A DNA stretch of 64,000 bases from Octopus vulgaris (taxonomy: Eukaryota): the NCBI GenBank assembly GCA_951406725.2, contig OX597816.1:2356001-2420000 (forward strand), written 5' to 3'. A program made the translations under genes and the position numbers. Each line of letters begins with the position of its first letter. Within the stretch, counting starts at the first letter, position 1. Of this stretch, positions 1 to 13,094 are shown piece by piece. The notes under the pieces were generated by a model, which was not told the origin of the DNA, ran no database searches, and was given only the letters and a program-made list of their open reading frames with translations.

Positions 1-221
1 CGTGGCCGTTCGCCAGCCTCGTCTGGCACCTGTGTCGGTGGCACATAAAATCACCCACTACACTCTCGAAGTGGTTGGCGTTAGGAAGGGCATCCAGCTG
101 TAGAAACACTGCCAGATCTGACTGGCCTGGTGCAGCCTTCGGGCTCCCCAGACCCCAGTTGAACCGTCCAACCCATGCTAGCATGGAAAACAGACGCTAA
201 ATGATGATGATGATGATGATG
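1..221 (+). mobile_element. RTE LINE 3' end / RTE-tailed retroposon fragment ending in (TGA)n
   Basis: gtggttggcgttaggaagggcatccagctgtagaaac...aacccatgctagcatggaaaacagacgctaaatgatgatga. The same tail is contiguous with RTE RT coding sequence at 7807-8779. Confidence 0.85.
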
Positions 222-646
222 AACTGAGGCCCTCAGAATGTTTCCTCAGGCTGTTGGTGAACATTTTGTCAGACACAGGTTTTTCAGAGGCGTGCATGTT
301 TCAAACTTGGTTGAATGTCAGCTCAAGACTGAGCCTTCAAAACAACCAATCTTTAGCAAAAACATCAGAAAATGTAGAAAAATAAGAAAATTAGTGAACC
401 CATCCACTTGATATTCCATCAGATGTTTAATCAGATCGGAATCAATTGTGGAGGTCTTATCAGGAGATTCACACTGAAGACCTAAACATACATTGTATTA
501 CTGTGACATTTGTCCTCTGGTTTTTGACATTTGGTGATATACATTGTGGGCTTAGGGAGAAAGTTAACATTATTTACTGGAGGAATGGTGTACCTTTTTC
601 TTTTGTTTAAGGTCTGGTGCAGAAACTTTCTAATACCACCTTGGAT
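222..646 (+). mobile_element. Degenerate, internally deleted mariner-like transposon
   Basis: Frameshifted translation resembles the mariner HTH region (ENVEK.RKLV...GI...ILTEDL...FVP..LT-like). It ends in a TIR-like gaaactttctaataccacct. Confidence 0.55.
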
Positions 647-909
647 ATATCATTATTCCACCATTTAATAGGCTTCCTTATGAAAGTGGACATCACAAAC
701 AGCCCAAACTAATGGTTAAGGACATGTTGCTTGTGCTTTTGTGTATTTGCATGGTTGTCACTCTGTATTGTGAAGTGTTCCTAATTACAACTGTCTGTGT
801 GGGGGGAATGGGGAAAGAAGACAGTCTGCTTTTACTTTGTATTGGGCCCTTAATGTGTAGGACAATGTAAGCTTTGTTTCTATCTCCTCCACAGAAATAT
901 TTTACCTAA

Positions 910-1112
910 CCCTTTGATACCAACCTACCTGAGATCACCCCTGCTCCTAAGATAGAAACCTGTTTTAAATTAAAATCTTCCTTCAAAATTTCATATCAAT
1001 TCACGTTCCAAACCCCAACTTAATATTGACAAAGTTACTTTATCAATTTTTTAAAATTATTTTTAAAATTAATTAAAACCAAGGCAATGTATTTCAATGA
1101 ATGATGAAAGGG
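910..1112. mobile_element. piggyBac-like (TTAA) MITE
   Basis: ctaa|cccttt ... aaaggg|ttaa termini. A related partial copy starts ttaacccttttga at about 46735. Confidence 0.5.
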
Positions 1113-1627
1113 TTAAGATATTCGGTTAACTGTAGATTTAGTTTTGAATATTGACTAAAAAATATTGATAGTAAATATTGTATTGTAATTTATTAAAAGT
1201 TTCAGTTTCCTTTGAACCATTTCCCTGAGGATTGTATTGGTTATTTCCAAAGTAATTCAGTTCACTCAGATACTTCTATGTTCTGCATGAATAATTACCT
1301 TAACCAATACTTCCTCTGAGATTATTCTAATAGTCTAAATTTCTTCAACATCAGGAACAACTGTAGACCAATTCTGCATGTTGGTATCAATTCAAACTTG
1401 ATGTTTCATTTGTTTTTCATATTAGCATAATTTATACAGGTTTACAGCATAATTTCCTTGTCTATGGAAATCACTTCTAAACTCTTTCTTGATCAATATT
1501 TATTCTGACTACATTCAATTAACTTTCTAGATTGTCTTAATTAATTCTCGTTTTCAGTATTTCACTTGGTTTCCGATACCTAAATTTGTACATCTCTTTC
1601 TATATGCTTTGTGCTTTTCAATGAAAG

Positions 1628-1678
1628 CAACATAGATGGGGGATCTACAAATGGACATCTCGTCGTGATAAATACAAA
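1628..1678 (+). CDS. Candidate 51-nt internal exon (QHRWGIYKWTSRRDKYK in phase 0, or NIDGGSTNGHLVVINT in phase 2)
   Basis: Pyrimidine tract ...gtgcttttcaatgaaag| and donor AAA|gttagt; length is a multiple of 3; retains CpGs in non-repetitive context. No homology recognised. Confidence 0.3.
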
Positions 1679-3262
1679 GTTAGTGATAGACACTATATAT
1701 ACACACACACACACACACACATAGGTTGGTATACATGCATTGGTGTGAGCATTAGCTTAGTAAACATACATTGATGTATTGAACACATACATCTGTGTTT
1801 CATGTGTGTCTGGGTTGACATGCTCTGCATTTGTGTATCAAATGCCTTATTCCTTATTTCTTTGAGTTATTAGAATGAAAGATGAATAGTCATTGAATTG
1901 TAATTTGATTCATACCTTCCTCCCTAATAAGTAAAGTCACTGGACTTAAATGACTATATATGCACACACACACAAATGCACTAACACTCACCCCTACATA
2001 TACACACATTTCATTCGAAAACATAAAAATACTAATCATAAAATAAATGGATCAATATATAAAGAAATTAACTTTTAACCACCCACACCTTTCGGGAAAA
2101 CCACACCACACGCATACACATACACACATACAGTCTCTCACACACAATCTCTGTCACATGTGTATAAATGTAGTTCCTGTAAACTAGGAGAGACAGACAG
2201 ATTACCGAAAGCAGGGAGGGCCAAGTCATGGATGAGGTCATAAATGGGGATGAAAGAACTAAAACCTAGCTGATTGATTGATTAATTGACTGAATAATTA
2301 ATCAAACAGTTGAACAGTTAATTGGTTAAACGGGTAACCAAGTGACAAATGAAAATAAAGAAGTGAAATAGAACCAGTGTGTGTGTGTTTATTATTGGCA
2401 CAGTGACCCTCTCAAAATACAGCTCATATATACATATATAGATGTATAGCAAATTATAAAATTCTCTTGCCATAAATTAAAGCAAAAGTTCATTCAACGT
2501 CTTTAAGTCCTTCTTAGATCTGTTAAAAAAAAGATCATCTACTTTAAAAATTTACGAATCGAAAAAGAAAACAAAATGTTAAGCTAGAAATTGAATTTGC
2601 TCATCTTTAAATATTGTCTTCCTCTCTTCCCTATTCCCGCCATTAATGGTTTCTGTTGTCTTGTTTTACTGTTGTAGCAGTTTTCGCTTGAAACTTTCCT
2701 CTGGATTAACATTGTGCTGTTGAAGTGATTCCTGTTCCTTTACTGTTTTTTTTTTTTTATATACTAACTGAAAAACATTATTTTCATGTTTGTTTTTGTT
2801 TGTTTTTAAATGGCAAAAGAATTTACTAAAAAACATTGTCTCACCTGCTCTCAATTTTGTCTAATTTGTTTCTTCTCAATAACATCTTTAATTACACAAG
2901 ATATTTGTTCAAGCTGGTGCTTGTAAATGTCTTTTGATAAAATGGGTTTGGGGGGTGGGGGGCTTTGCCAATTAATATGCTAATGCAATTCCTATCTGAT
3001 CATGAACAGCTCAGATTTTCATGTAAAATTAATCAATTAACAGTTTGATTTCAGCTTTTATCCTTATTTCCCAATGTAAACAGTGCTGCAAATTATTCCC
3101 TTGTAATATTTTTGTGTTTAAAAAAAAACAAAAAAACACTAACAATTAATAACTGAGTGTACATCCATCTATTTGTTTCATTCAGTTGCTTGAAAATACT
3201 TTTATAAAGCATATAAATAACCTCTTGCACCTACTTAATGTCTCATCTGTCGCCTGTTACAG

Positions 3263-3291
3263 CAGAAATTGGGGGATGTTGATACATTGTC
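3263..3291 (+). CDS. Candidate 29-nt micro-exon (QKLGDVDTLS)
   Basis: Branch-like cttaat, then tctcatctgtcgcctgttacag| (NAGNAG acceptor) and a strong donor |gtgagt. Confidence 0.38.
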
Positions 3292-5834
3292 GTGAGTATC
3301 ATAGACCAGTCTAAGTATAGGTGATGTCAGCACCAAACAGACTCTTGAACAATAAGACAAACAAATGTGATTCAATTCTTGGATTTTTGAATAGATTGTA
3401 ATCAATGCAGAAATGGGCAAATATTTGGAAGCTACCTGATGGTCTAAGACTCCACAGAAGCCATGCTTTGTTCTCTTTCTCTCTCTCTCTTTCACCTTGG
3501 ACCATTCATGAAGGGTTTACTTGTTAGAAATTCAATGTTTTGCCATGTCTGGAATGTTCTAGTAACAGATTATGTCTGTTTAGTGAAAAATAGAAACAGA
3601 AAGAAAAGAGAAAAAAACAAAATCCCTTTTAGTTAGGAGTTGATGAAGACACAGATCAACGGTCAACAACAGTTTGAAGCATCAGAATTGAGCCGGGCCT
3701 GTTTCTGCATACTTTCTGAATCATAATCAGAAATCAGGAGATCTGAGCTCTTTAACTCAGTTTTCATGTAATCGTGTATTTTTAAAAAAAATCTAAATAA
3801 GAAATGTTCTCTTGCATCCATTGGTTGGCCAGCTGAGCTAGCAACAATGGCTTCTGTTGTTAGTTGTAGTTGATGATTTTTGTGGAGACTTGCCTGCGTG
3901 TAAGATGTGTCTCCATCTAAAGCAAATGGACAAATCGAGATAAGAAATTAGCTACATTTCGCTATGAAAATGAAAGTGGTATTTTTATCAATATGTATTT
4001 TGTTCATCGTTTGATAAGACTTAAGAAAAGGAGGGGGAAATGAAGAAAAAAAACACTGTGTGGAATTTGAGATGGTGAAGCAGTGTCCAGTATTTTATTT
4101 ATTTGGGTTTTCATCTTATTTTCTGATTTCCTAAATTCCTCACTTTAGATTCAATTTGTTATAATTGATATAGTTTATTTTCTTGGTAATAATATATCCA
4201 TAATCTCATCGAATGGTATTGGGAAGGAGGGGGGCGGCATGCTTGTTATTGCTTATGTGATGGAATCCTGTCTGTGTTTCATTTGTCTAACTTCGTTTTA
4301 ATGACTTTATTGCTTAACATTGAAAGATTCAGTCAAACATTGGCTTCTACAGACACAGGTTGCCTGAAATTTATTTTTAACAACCTTTTGCTTTTTTAAA
4401 TACTGTTCCTGAAACTCACCACTTCTTAATTGTCATTGTGTGGCAGACATCCTTTTACACAATGTCTATTAACCATTGTTTTCTTGAAAACCATTTAATC
4501 TTGAAATTTGTTTGGTTCAGCATTAACATTTTATGTGAAAGGAGGGTTGTCCCTTATAATAACTTCTACTACCACCACCACCACCACCATTACAACTACC
4601 ATCATCATCAGTTCCATACTTCCTTGCATGTGCAGAGTTCTCTCTATCAGCTTTTTATTCTTTGTGTGTATGTTTTGAAATTGTTGCTTCCAGCACAAAA
4701 CATGTTTTAATATTTTGATATAATATCATGTAAGAAATTTGTGGAAAATATCCTCAGAGATCTCCATAGTTTCAGTTCAAATACCTATTTTATTAGAGTG
4801 CTAACAATGTATTCCTGTGGTGTAAAAATGTCATGCTTTGGAAAGAGGATGGTCAAAGTGTGTGAGTGTGTGCAAGAGAGAGAGAGAGAGATTCAGATGA
4901 GTGCTACTGACACATGCATTTGTATGCACACAAATTCTGTTGGCATGCATGCGTGTGCACACACACACACACACACACACAGATGCCTATTAGCTTTGTT
5001 TGTATGAGAGAGTGGAGGCACATGCCATTAGTATTTGTATATGGATGTGTATACATTGACTCTATACTATCGAAGTACTCCTTAAATTATTTTATAACCA
5101 AAACTGAGTTTGGTGTTTTATGGCAACCACAATCATGGGGAGCGCAACAGTGGGAATTGAATGAAAAGTGGCAGGGAAGGATTGGTGAAAGAGCAACAAG
5201 AAGGAATATGGACTGAAGAGAGGAGAATTGCGAAATGATACGAAGCATTAATTCAGAAGGAAAGGAATGAAATGAATACAAGAAATGGAGCTTGGTGGTG
5301 TCATGTGATGAACAGTGGAGCCTCAGGCAATTAGAGAAAGAATGAGAATCGTTAATCAAGAAAGAAGGCAAATTACGCGCGAGATGATAACAGATAAGGG
5401 ACGCTTTGTGTCAGGCTGGAAGAGGAAACCAAAGTGAAGAGACTGGGTTTCCTGGCCAAAGGATTATCAAGTAAATGACATTGCTGTGTGGGGGAAATAT
5501 TTATAGGGGACACTCTACCATAAAATGGGCCATGCAGTTTCCATGGGTCCTGCTTGGAGCTTCCTTTCATTCCACATGAAAATAGTATTTCAGTTGTTAA
5601 TGTTTTTAGTGTACTAAATTTCAAAGACCAACTTCAAAAGCCAAGAGGGAAAATATTTAATACTCTGCTGTAGAATTACAATTTAATTAGTTTCCTTCTA
5701 TAATGAAATATTGGTTCACCCAGCACTTTAAAGTCTGTTCAACTCTCTATTCGTTTATTCTTACTTGTAATACAGTTTTTAAAAATATCTGTTTAGCAAC
5801 TCACATATTATAGAGCAGTTATTGTGGTTAGTTT

Positions 5835-5978
5835 GAGTTCAAATGCAACCAAGGTTGACTTTGCCTTTCATCCTTTTGAAATAAGTACCTGCTAAGTACT
5901 GGAGTCAATGTAATCAACTAGCTCCTCCCCTAAAATTTCAGGCCTAGTGCCTATAATAGAAAGGATTATTATTATTAT
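5835..5978 (+). mobile_element. SINE with gactttgcctttcatcctt central domain (Meta-domain-like), 5' truncated
   Basis: gagttcaaat...gttgactttgcctttcatcctttt...aaaatttcaggcctagtgcctataatagaaaggattatt; matches the fuller copy at 47353-47560. Confidence 0.8.
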
Positions 5979-6059
5979 TTTTGTAAATATATTCTTATGT
6001 TATTCAACTGTGTGCTGACAAAAGTCAGTAGAGTATGGGAAAAACTGCTTTGCAGTGGT

Positions 6060-6265
6060 CAGAAATTATGGGGTGAGTAGAACAGCAGAATGTCTTCAGA
6101 GAAGCTCTTTATGTTCTGAGTTCAAATCTCACTGAAGTCAACTTTGCTGTTCTTCCTTTCATGGTTTATAAAATAAAGTACCGTCATGTATTGAGGTCGA
6201 TGGAACTGACAAGGCCTCCTCCCTTCAAGTTTGCTGACCTTGTGCCCAAATCAGAAATAATTCTA
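6060..6265 (+). mobile_element. Meta-domain-like SINE, degenerate
   Basis: ttctgagttcaaatctcactgaagtcaactttgc...aaataaagtacc...ccttgtgcccaaatcagaa. Confidence 0.7.
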
Positions 6266-6361
6266 TTATTTAATTCTATTACTGGGTGTGACAGAGAAAC
6301 TTCCCATCAAGTTCATGGCCAAGAAAGTGAATGCTGAGAGGTTTGACCCTAACCCTCCTCG

Positions 6362-7760
6362 TCAGCATTTAACATTTATCTTCCATGCTGATATGGGTTG
6401 GCCAGTTTGTTAAGATCTAGCAAGCCACAATGCCACATTGAGCTCCAATCTAAACCATGACATGATCAGACGCCCTTCCTAATGCCAACCCCTTTGAAGT
6501 GTGTACTGGATGCTTTTTGTTTTCATGCCACTGGTACTGGTGAGGTTGTGTGTAGCCTGCAAGACAAGAAAGGAAAAAGCTCTCACTACTAAGAGGGGAG
6601 TATTTAAGAAGGGAAGGTAGAAGTGGATGGCCTTGCACCAGGTGTTAAAAGACTCAGGTATGATGTCTTGCTGTAGAGGAGAAACTTAGCTAAAGGAGAT
6701 AAAAGGGATGGAGTGATGGAGAGCTTGAGCAAACTCTCAAGCTATAAGAGGTTGAGCACAAGGGAAGAAGATATGGAGAGTGGGTCATGGGAGGGAATGA
6801 GAGGGTGAGTGGGAAGGAAGTAGGTGGGGGTAGAGGTTAATGTAGTGAAGGGTGGGTGTGTGGTTGATGGGGGTGGAAAAATCTAGAGAACTAAGGTAGG
6901 AAATATAGAAGTGGCCCAGGAAGGAGAATTCAATTGTATGTGCAAGGTGTGGGAGCAGTGGAGGGGGAGTTATACGGATACATAAGGGGCTATAATAGGT
7001 GGGTGGGTCATGATGATAGATAGGGGTGGATATTGAGAATGATAGCAGATAAGTGGAGTGTTTGAAATGGAGTAGGAGAGAGAGGTGGGGTGGGAGAGCA
7101 ATGACTGAAAGCACAGAAAGAGGGTTTATTGGTTAAAATAGTGTGAGCAGGGATGCTATGAATGGAATAGAGGTGGTTCCAAAGGGGCAGAAGGAGGCTG
7201 GAAGGGAGGAGATGTACTATGTGCTGATTCTGTTCTCAGGTGATTACAGCAGCCGAATAGTACCATAGATGGAGGAGAATGATAGGTGTTAGGAGGTGGA
7301 AGTTGGGCGAGGATGCTTGAAGTGCCAGAGAGAATGGAAGGACAGGGCCCAGCACAGACAAGCAGAACAAAGTAGTTTTAGGATATTATTTTTGCTATTA
7401 TTGATGTGTCTTCTCAGGCACTGCAAAACCCCAATCATATTGGTCCTTTACCATCTCTTGTGTAAGGTCCAGCATCATAAGATCAGCCTTCAACACTTTG
7501 TCCCATGTCTTCCTTGGTCTTCTACAAGTGCCATCCTCTTTATGCAACCCTCCTCATCCATATCCATCACATGACCAAACCAGAAGCACAGTTTTCTCTC
7601 TTGCATCTCTCTACATCTGTTTCCCCTCAATTCATTAGCACCTTGTCCTACATGCACACCGGCATTGCACATCCAATGGAGCATACTAGTTTCCTTCCTC
7701 TCTGCTTTTCACATGTCCTCTGTATTCAGAGGACATGTATTCACTGTCATGTAATCCTCA
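6362..7760 (-). mobile_element. RTE LINE 3' fragment with about 1 kb pyrimidine-rich 3' UTR
   Basis: The minus strand encodes a decayed RTE ORF end (LHWMCN...QERKLCFWFGHVMDMDEEGCIKR...GRPRKTWDKVLKADL), then a long C/T-rich tract, then the shared RTE terminal tail. Confidence 0.75.
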
Positions 7761-7806
7761 TTTCATTTATTATTTAAAAATATCATACTATTATTTAAAT
7801 ATATAA

Positions 7807-8779
7807 CATTATCGTCACCATCGTCTAACGTCCACTTCCCATGCTGGCATGGGTTGGACGATTTGACTGAGGACTGGCAAACCAGATGGCTGTACCAGGC
7901 TCCAATCTGATCTGGCAGAGTTTCTACAGCTGGATGCCAGTAAGGCAATGCTGGTAACGGTCACACTTGAATGGTGCTTTTTACGTACCACTGGCATGGA
8001 AGCCAGTCAGCTGCTCTGACAATGATCACGCTCGGATGGTCTCTTAGTGCTCCACTAGCATGGCTGCCAGTCATTGAATTTGATTTCAATTTCGATTTCA
8101 CTTGCTTCAACAGGTCTTCGCAAGCAGAGTTTAGTGTCCAATGAAGGAAAGGTACGCATAAGTGAGCTGGTTACACCTCTGGCGTAAGCCACGAGGTTAT
8201 GGTCTCACTTGGATTGCTGGGTCTTCTCAAACACAGCATATTTCCAAAGGTCTCGGTTACTAGTCATTGCCTCAGTGAGACCTAATGTTCGAAGGTCGTG
8301 CTTCTCCACCTCATCCCAGGTCTTCCTGGGTCTACCTTTTCCACAGGTTCCCTCAACTGCTAGGGTGTGGCACTTTTTCACACAGCTATCCTCATCCATT
8401 CTCACCACATGACCATACCAGCGCAAATGTCTCTCTTGCACACCACAACTGATGCTTCTTAGGTCCAACTTTTCTCTCAAGGTACTTACACTCTGTCATG
8501 TTTGCACACAGACATTACACATCCATCAGAGCATACTGGCTTCATTCCTTGTGAGCTTACACATGTCCTCAACAGTCACGGCCCATGTTTCACTGCCATG
8601 TAGCATGGCTGTTCGTACACATGCGTCATACAGCCTACCTTTTACTCTGAGCGAGAGGCCCTTTGTCGCCAGCAGAGGTAAGAGCTGTCTGAAACTCTTA
8701 TTCTAACAGCTGAACTTCATATTCTAGCACCTACACTTTCAGTACACCCTCCCCCGCTACTGACTTGGTCACCTAGGTA
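7807..8779 (-). mobile_element. RTE LINE 3' fragment (RT C-terminus plus 3' UTR)
   Basis: ORF 8205-8480: LRWYGHVVRMDEDSCVKK...GRPRKTWDEV; upstream YLGDQ and MLHGSETWA motifs are typical of RTE ORF2; tail ends gacgttagacgatg. Confidence 0.92.
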
Positions 8780-9158
8780 TTTTGTAATAATACAATTATA
8801 TAGTTGTAAATTTGAAGAGGGATGTAAAATGAGCTTATTTTCCTGGAATAGTTATAATGCATTAATTGTATTCTTAACCTCATCTAGTGTGTTCCAGCTA
8901 CACTGTGTTTCAATTGCTGTATTCTCTAACTGTCTTTGAACTTCATACTCTCTCTCTCTCTCTCTCTCTTTCATATGTACATGTGTACATACTCACTCTT
9001 AGGCTAGAATTGAACCTACAAATATTTTTAATCATAACATTTGATTTCACTCTCTGCAGAAACATGTAATAAATATATTTGTGTAAGATGGTTCAAGTGC
9101 CAGTTGTAAGCTCTTTGACCTCTCTGGATAAAACCCTGTTGTCTTTCTATACAAATTG

Positions 9159-9159
<1 letters not shown>

Positions 9160-9243
<84 letters not shown>
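9160..9243. repeat. Compound (TG)n(TA)n(CA)n microsatellite
   Basis: Read directly from the sequence. Confidence 0.95.
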
Positions 9244-9246
<3 letters not shown>

Positions 9247-9989
9247 ACTCTTGTAACTATAATACAAGTCATTGTTTGTTTGGTTTTCTTGGGCTACTCA
9301 TAGAATGTTTTACAGTACTTAGTTTTATTCTACTCAGCTCCGTAAATGTGTGTGAATTGTAGAACGATTGATTCAGAAATATATTTATGTTACCAGAAAC
9401 ACATAAAAAGAAATTAAGATGTTATTAACTAACTGAAACAAACAACAAAATCAAATTTCAGATATTGAATATTTCTTGTTGCTTTATAAGCCTTTGATCA
9501 GTTTTTCTTTATTGTTGTTGTTGTTGTTATCATTATCTATATTAATTAATTAATTTATATCTCTTACTTCCCTTGAAATAGTTTAGAAGGCCTTTTTTTG
9601 CTTCAGTCCAGTGACAATCAATGAACAAAAAGTATTTGGTTCCTTATTGAATATTGCTTTTGATACATGTGGAAAATGAGTCCTGATAATGGGGCTGAGA
9701 TATTCAGAAAAATATTATATTTATTGTAATTCCTACTCCCCTACTTTTTTTTTTTAATGCCATTGCTAATATTCACATCAGAGACGATGCCTTTGTGCAG
9801 AGATATGTATCTGGATGCTTAGCTTTTAGCAGGAGACTAAACTCTACGAGCGATGCTAATAAATCTCTTTTGTTATAGGATGATGATTCAGCAGTTAATT
9901 TTATGCTGATTAGTGGACAGAATTAACATAACTGATTTGAATGGAATTTTTTGATTTGCAATGATTAAGATATTTTGCATTGATAGGTT

Positions 9990-10365
9990 AGGGCATGGCT
10001 GTGTGGCTAAGAATCTTGCTTCCCAACCATATGGTTTTGGGTTCAATTTAAGGCACTTTGGGTGTCTACTACCACAGCTCTGGGCTGACCAATGTCTTGT
10101 GAGTGGATCTGGAAGATGGGAACTGTAGAATAAGCCCATGCTATATGTGTTGGTGTGTCCCTTTGTCTAGATATCACATGGTTGTAAAGTCATACAAATG
10201 ATATTGTTTGTTTCCAGTCTTCCATGAAAAACATGTCTGACCCAGGGTAGATATTACCTAATTTGGAAATATTTGAGAATTGGTAACAGGAAGGGGATCC
10301 AGCTGTAGAAAGCTGTCAGACCATTGCAAGCATAGAAAAGTTGGCATCGGAACAGTGATAATGTT
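9990..10365 (+). mobile_element. Old tRNA-head SINE with RTE-type tail (family B)
   Basis: Head gcatggctgtgtggctaag...gggttcaat is shared with family A; body tttccagtcttccatgaaaaacatgtctg; tail aggaaggggatccagctgtagaaa...gcaagcatagaaaag. Confidence 0.75.
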
Positions 10366-11399
10366 GATGAGATATACTGCCAAAGGAAATATTGTCCTTT
10401 GCCTTTTGGGAACATGTCTCTGATTTTGGAACCATATCATGGGTCTGTACCTGGAAGAATGCTGACTGATTTGAGTAGAACAAAATGAAATGATGGTTAA
10501 TTCAGTTCTTAACTAGGTTAGTTTTTCTCCATGACCTTTTAGAAATATTGAAGAATATAATATGCAAATAATAAATTATATATATATATAACTTTATTTT
10601 CATTGAATTTGTATAAGCAGAGTAGGAAGTGTTTCTGATTTAGCAGGGCATTGTGTACAAGGTGAAGCAAAAAAAATAAATAAATATATAAATGAAAACT
10701 CCCAAATTTACCATTCTTAGTAAACATCTCAACAAAAACTACAGTGTGTGCTAGTTCAGGATATGCTGGTAACTGGAAAAGAACACTGAAACAGCTCCAA
10801 GAGACCCTTGTTACCACCTGCTTAACCACATCAGCATCGTGCAAATGGCTGTGTAAATACAAGAGGTTTTTATCTGCTGTGCTCTGTATTTCTTATACAG
10901 TCATAACTTTCTTTGGATTATGTGTTGATAGGTTTTTTAATACAGTTTTGATTTTCTGTCTGGATTCCTTGCTTAGAAACATTGTTGACAGTAAGATTCC
11001 AAATCTCTAATCCTCATTGACATTCTCTTTGTTTTGCCTTTTTTTTTGTTACCCCCTGACCCAGAAAACTACTCCCTTCCTTTGACATACAATGTAACTT
11101 TGTGTGTGTTTTGCTTCAGCAAATAATATCTTTAGTATCAATGACAGTAGTAACCCTATCTTTGACTCTTTCTCTGGGAACCATTGTTTCTTGCTGCTCA
11201 CACTTCCTAGAATAACTTTAACCTGAAATTAACACTGAGAGCTAAACGAAGCCCTTTCTCTATATTGGCTAAAATGGCCCCCTCCATTAGTGTGACTTTT
11301 TGCAACATTGCCATAATATCTCTGTAATTATTTACAGAAATCAACGTGGCTGAGTCAAATCAATTCTGTTTAATGATCTCAAATGCTGTTTCAAAATGT

Positions 11400-12010
11400 T
11401 TGTGTGGTATCGAGTTTGTTTCTCAAACCACATGGTTCTGGGTTCAATACCACTGTGGGATACCTTGGGCCAATATCTTCTACAGTCTCATGCTGATCAA
11501 AGCCTTGTGAGTGGATTTGGTAGGTGGAAACTGAAAGAAGCCTGTTCTGTGTGTATGTGTGTATGTATGTATGTATGTGCCTGTGCTGGTGCCACGTAAA
11601 AACACCTGTGCAGGTATTGCATAAAAGCAAGCACTCTGTACACTCTCTAAAGTGGTTGGCATTAGGAAGGGCATCCAGCCATAGAAACTATGCCGAAGCA
11701 CACATGGAGCCTGGGCAGCTGGAGAGCTGACCAGCTCCTGTCAAACCATCCAACCCATGCCAGCATGGAAAGCAGACATAAAATGATGATGATGATATAT
11801 GTGTGTGTCTGTGTTTGCGCCCCCATCACCATTTGATAACTGGTGTTGGTACGTTTATGTCCCTATTACTTAGTGATTCAGCAAAAGAAGCTGATAGAAT
11901 AAATACCAAGCTTTACAAAAAAAAGAATAATAAGTCCTGGGGTCGATTTGTTCAACCCAAATTCTTCAAAGTGGTTCCCCAGCATGGCTGCATGATTGAA
12001 ACACAAAAGA
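11400..12010 (+). mobile_element. tRNA-head SINE (family A) interrupted by an RTE 3' fragment (about 11585-11797)
   Basis: Family A head and body up to the (TG/TA) microsatellite, then an RTE tail ending aaatgatgatgatgat, then the family A 3' half resumes (gtgtctgtgtttgcgccc...gatagaataaatacc...cagcatggctgc). Confidence 0.8.
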
Positions 12011-12074
12011 GAGTTTGTTGATTTTGTCAATCTGTAGTTTTCAAGTGGATGGATCAGCTTTAGAGACCATTTCA

Positions 12075-12189
12075 CAGGATATTTGCTGTAGCCCATCTTT
12101 TATGCCAAGACAAAACAATGTACATGATAATACTTTCAGTCAGTTAAGATCAGACGCCACGAGAACCACTGCCTGGTACTGCATCAGCC
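12075..12189 (-). mobile_element. Partial copy of the unclassified element at 60455-61013
   Basis: Reverse complement matches ctgatgcagtacca...tctgatcttaactga...atcatgtacattgttttgtcttgg...aaaagatggg. Confidence 0.75.
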
Positions 12190-12209
12190 TTGTGCCTATG
12201 GTAGAAAGG

Positions 12210-12259
<50 letters not shown>

Positions 12260-12268
12260 CTTTTCCGA

Positions 12269-12510
12269 TGGCGAGCTGGCAGAATTGTTAGCATGGCAGG
12301 CGGTATATGATTAATGGTATTTTGTCTGCTGCTGCTGCATTCTGAATTCTAATTCTGTTGAGGTTGACTTTGCCTTTCATTCTTTCAGGGTTGAGAAATT
12401 AAGCACCAGTTATACACTGGGGTCGATGTAATCATCCTGTCCCCTCCCTCCAAATTTCAGGCTTTGCGCCTATAGTAGAAAGGATTATTATTATTATTAT
12501 TATTATTATT
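12269..12510 (+). mobile_element. Meta-domain-like SINE, near full length, (ATT)n tail
   Basis: ggcgagctggcagaattgttagc...gttgactttgcctttcattctttcagggg...aaatttcaggctttgcgcctatagtagaaaggattatt. Confidence 0.85.
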
Positions 12511-13094
12511 TTATGAAATGAAAAGATTTAACTGAAGAGAATATTAAATTAATATATTTTCCTTTAATGACATTTGATAAGTGACTCCTAAGTATTTACA
12601 AATTCATTTTTCTTATTTGGAAGAATACCCAAATCTATTCCTGTATTTTCATGGATCGTTTTGGTTTCATTATCAGTCCTTTCCTCAAGGAGCGATTATA
12701 TTCCAAAGTGAAGACAAGGAATTTGGAAGATAACTTGGTTTTTTTAATATTTTATGACATCTGGAAAAGTTCATTAATACTTTAAAATGATGTTCATCAT
12801 GTTCCCCTCTCTTGATATTCTTCTCTTTCCCACCAGAAAGCAGCCGCCATTCTGTTGCAGGATGTGCCTGGCATCTGTAGAATTAAGGCTGCAGATATTG
12901 GGATCACAACTGCAAGAAGAAAACATTCTAAAGCATAGCAAGTTGTGTGTGTGTGTGTGTGTGTGTATACACACACACACACACACACACACACGATGAT
13001 GTACTTGCACATATTTTACACATTACATAGGCATATATTCACACACATACATGTGTATGCATATATAAATACACACACACACGTATATATATAT

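Noticed and set aside
5130-5460. Purine-rich block with a coiled-coil-like translation
   Set aside because: Stops in all frames, and no motif, splice sites or termini that I could assign.
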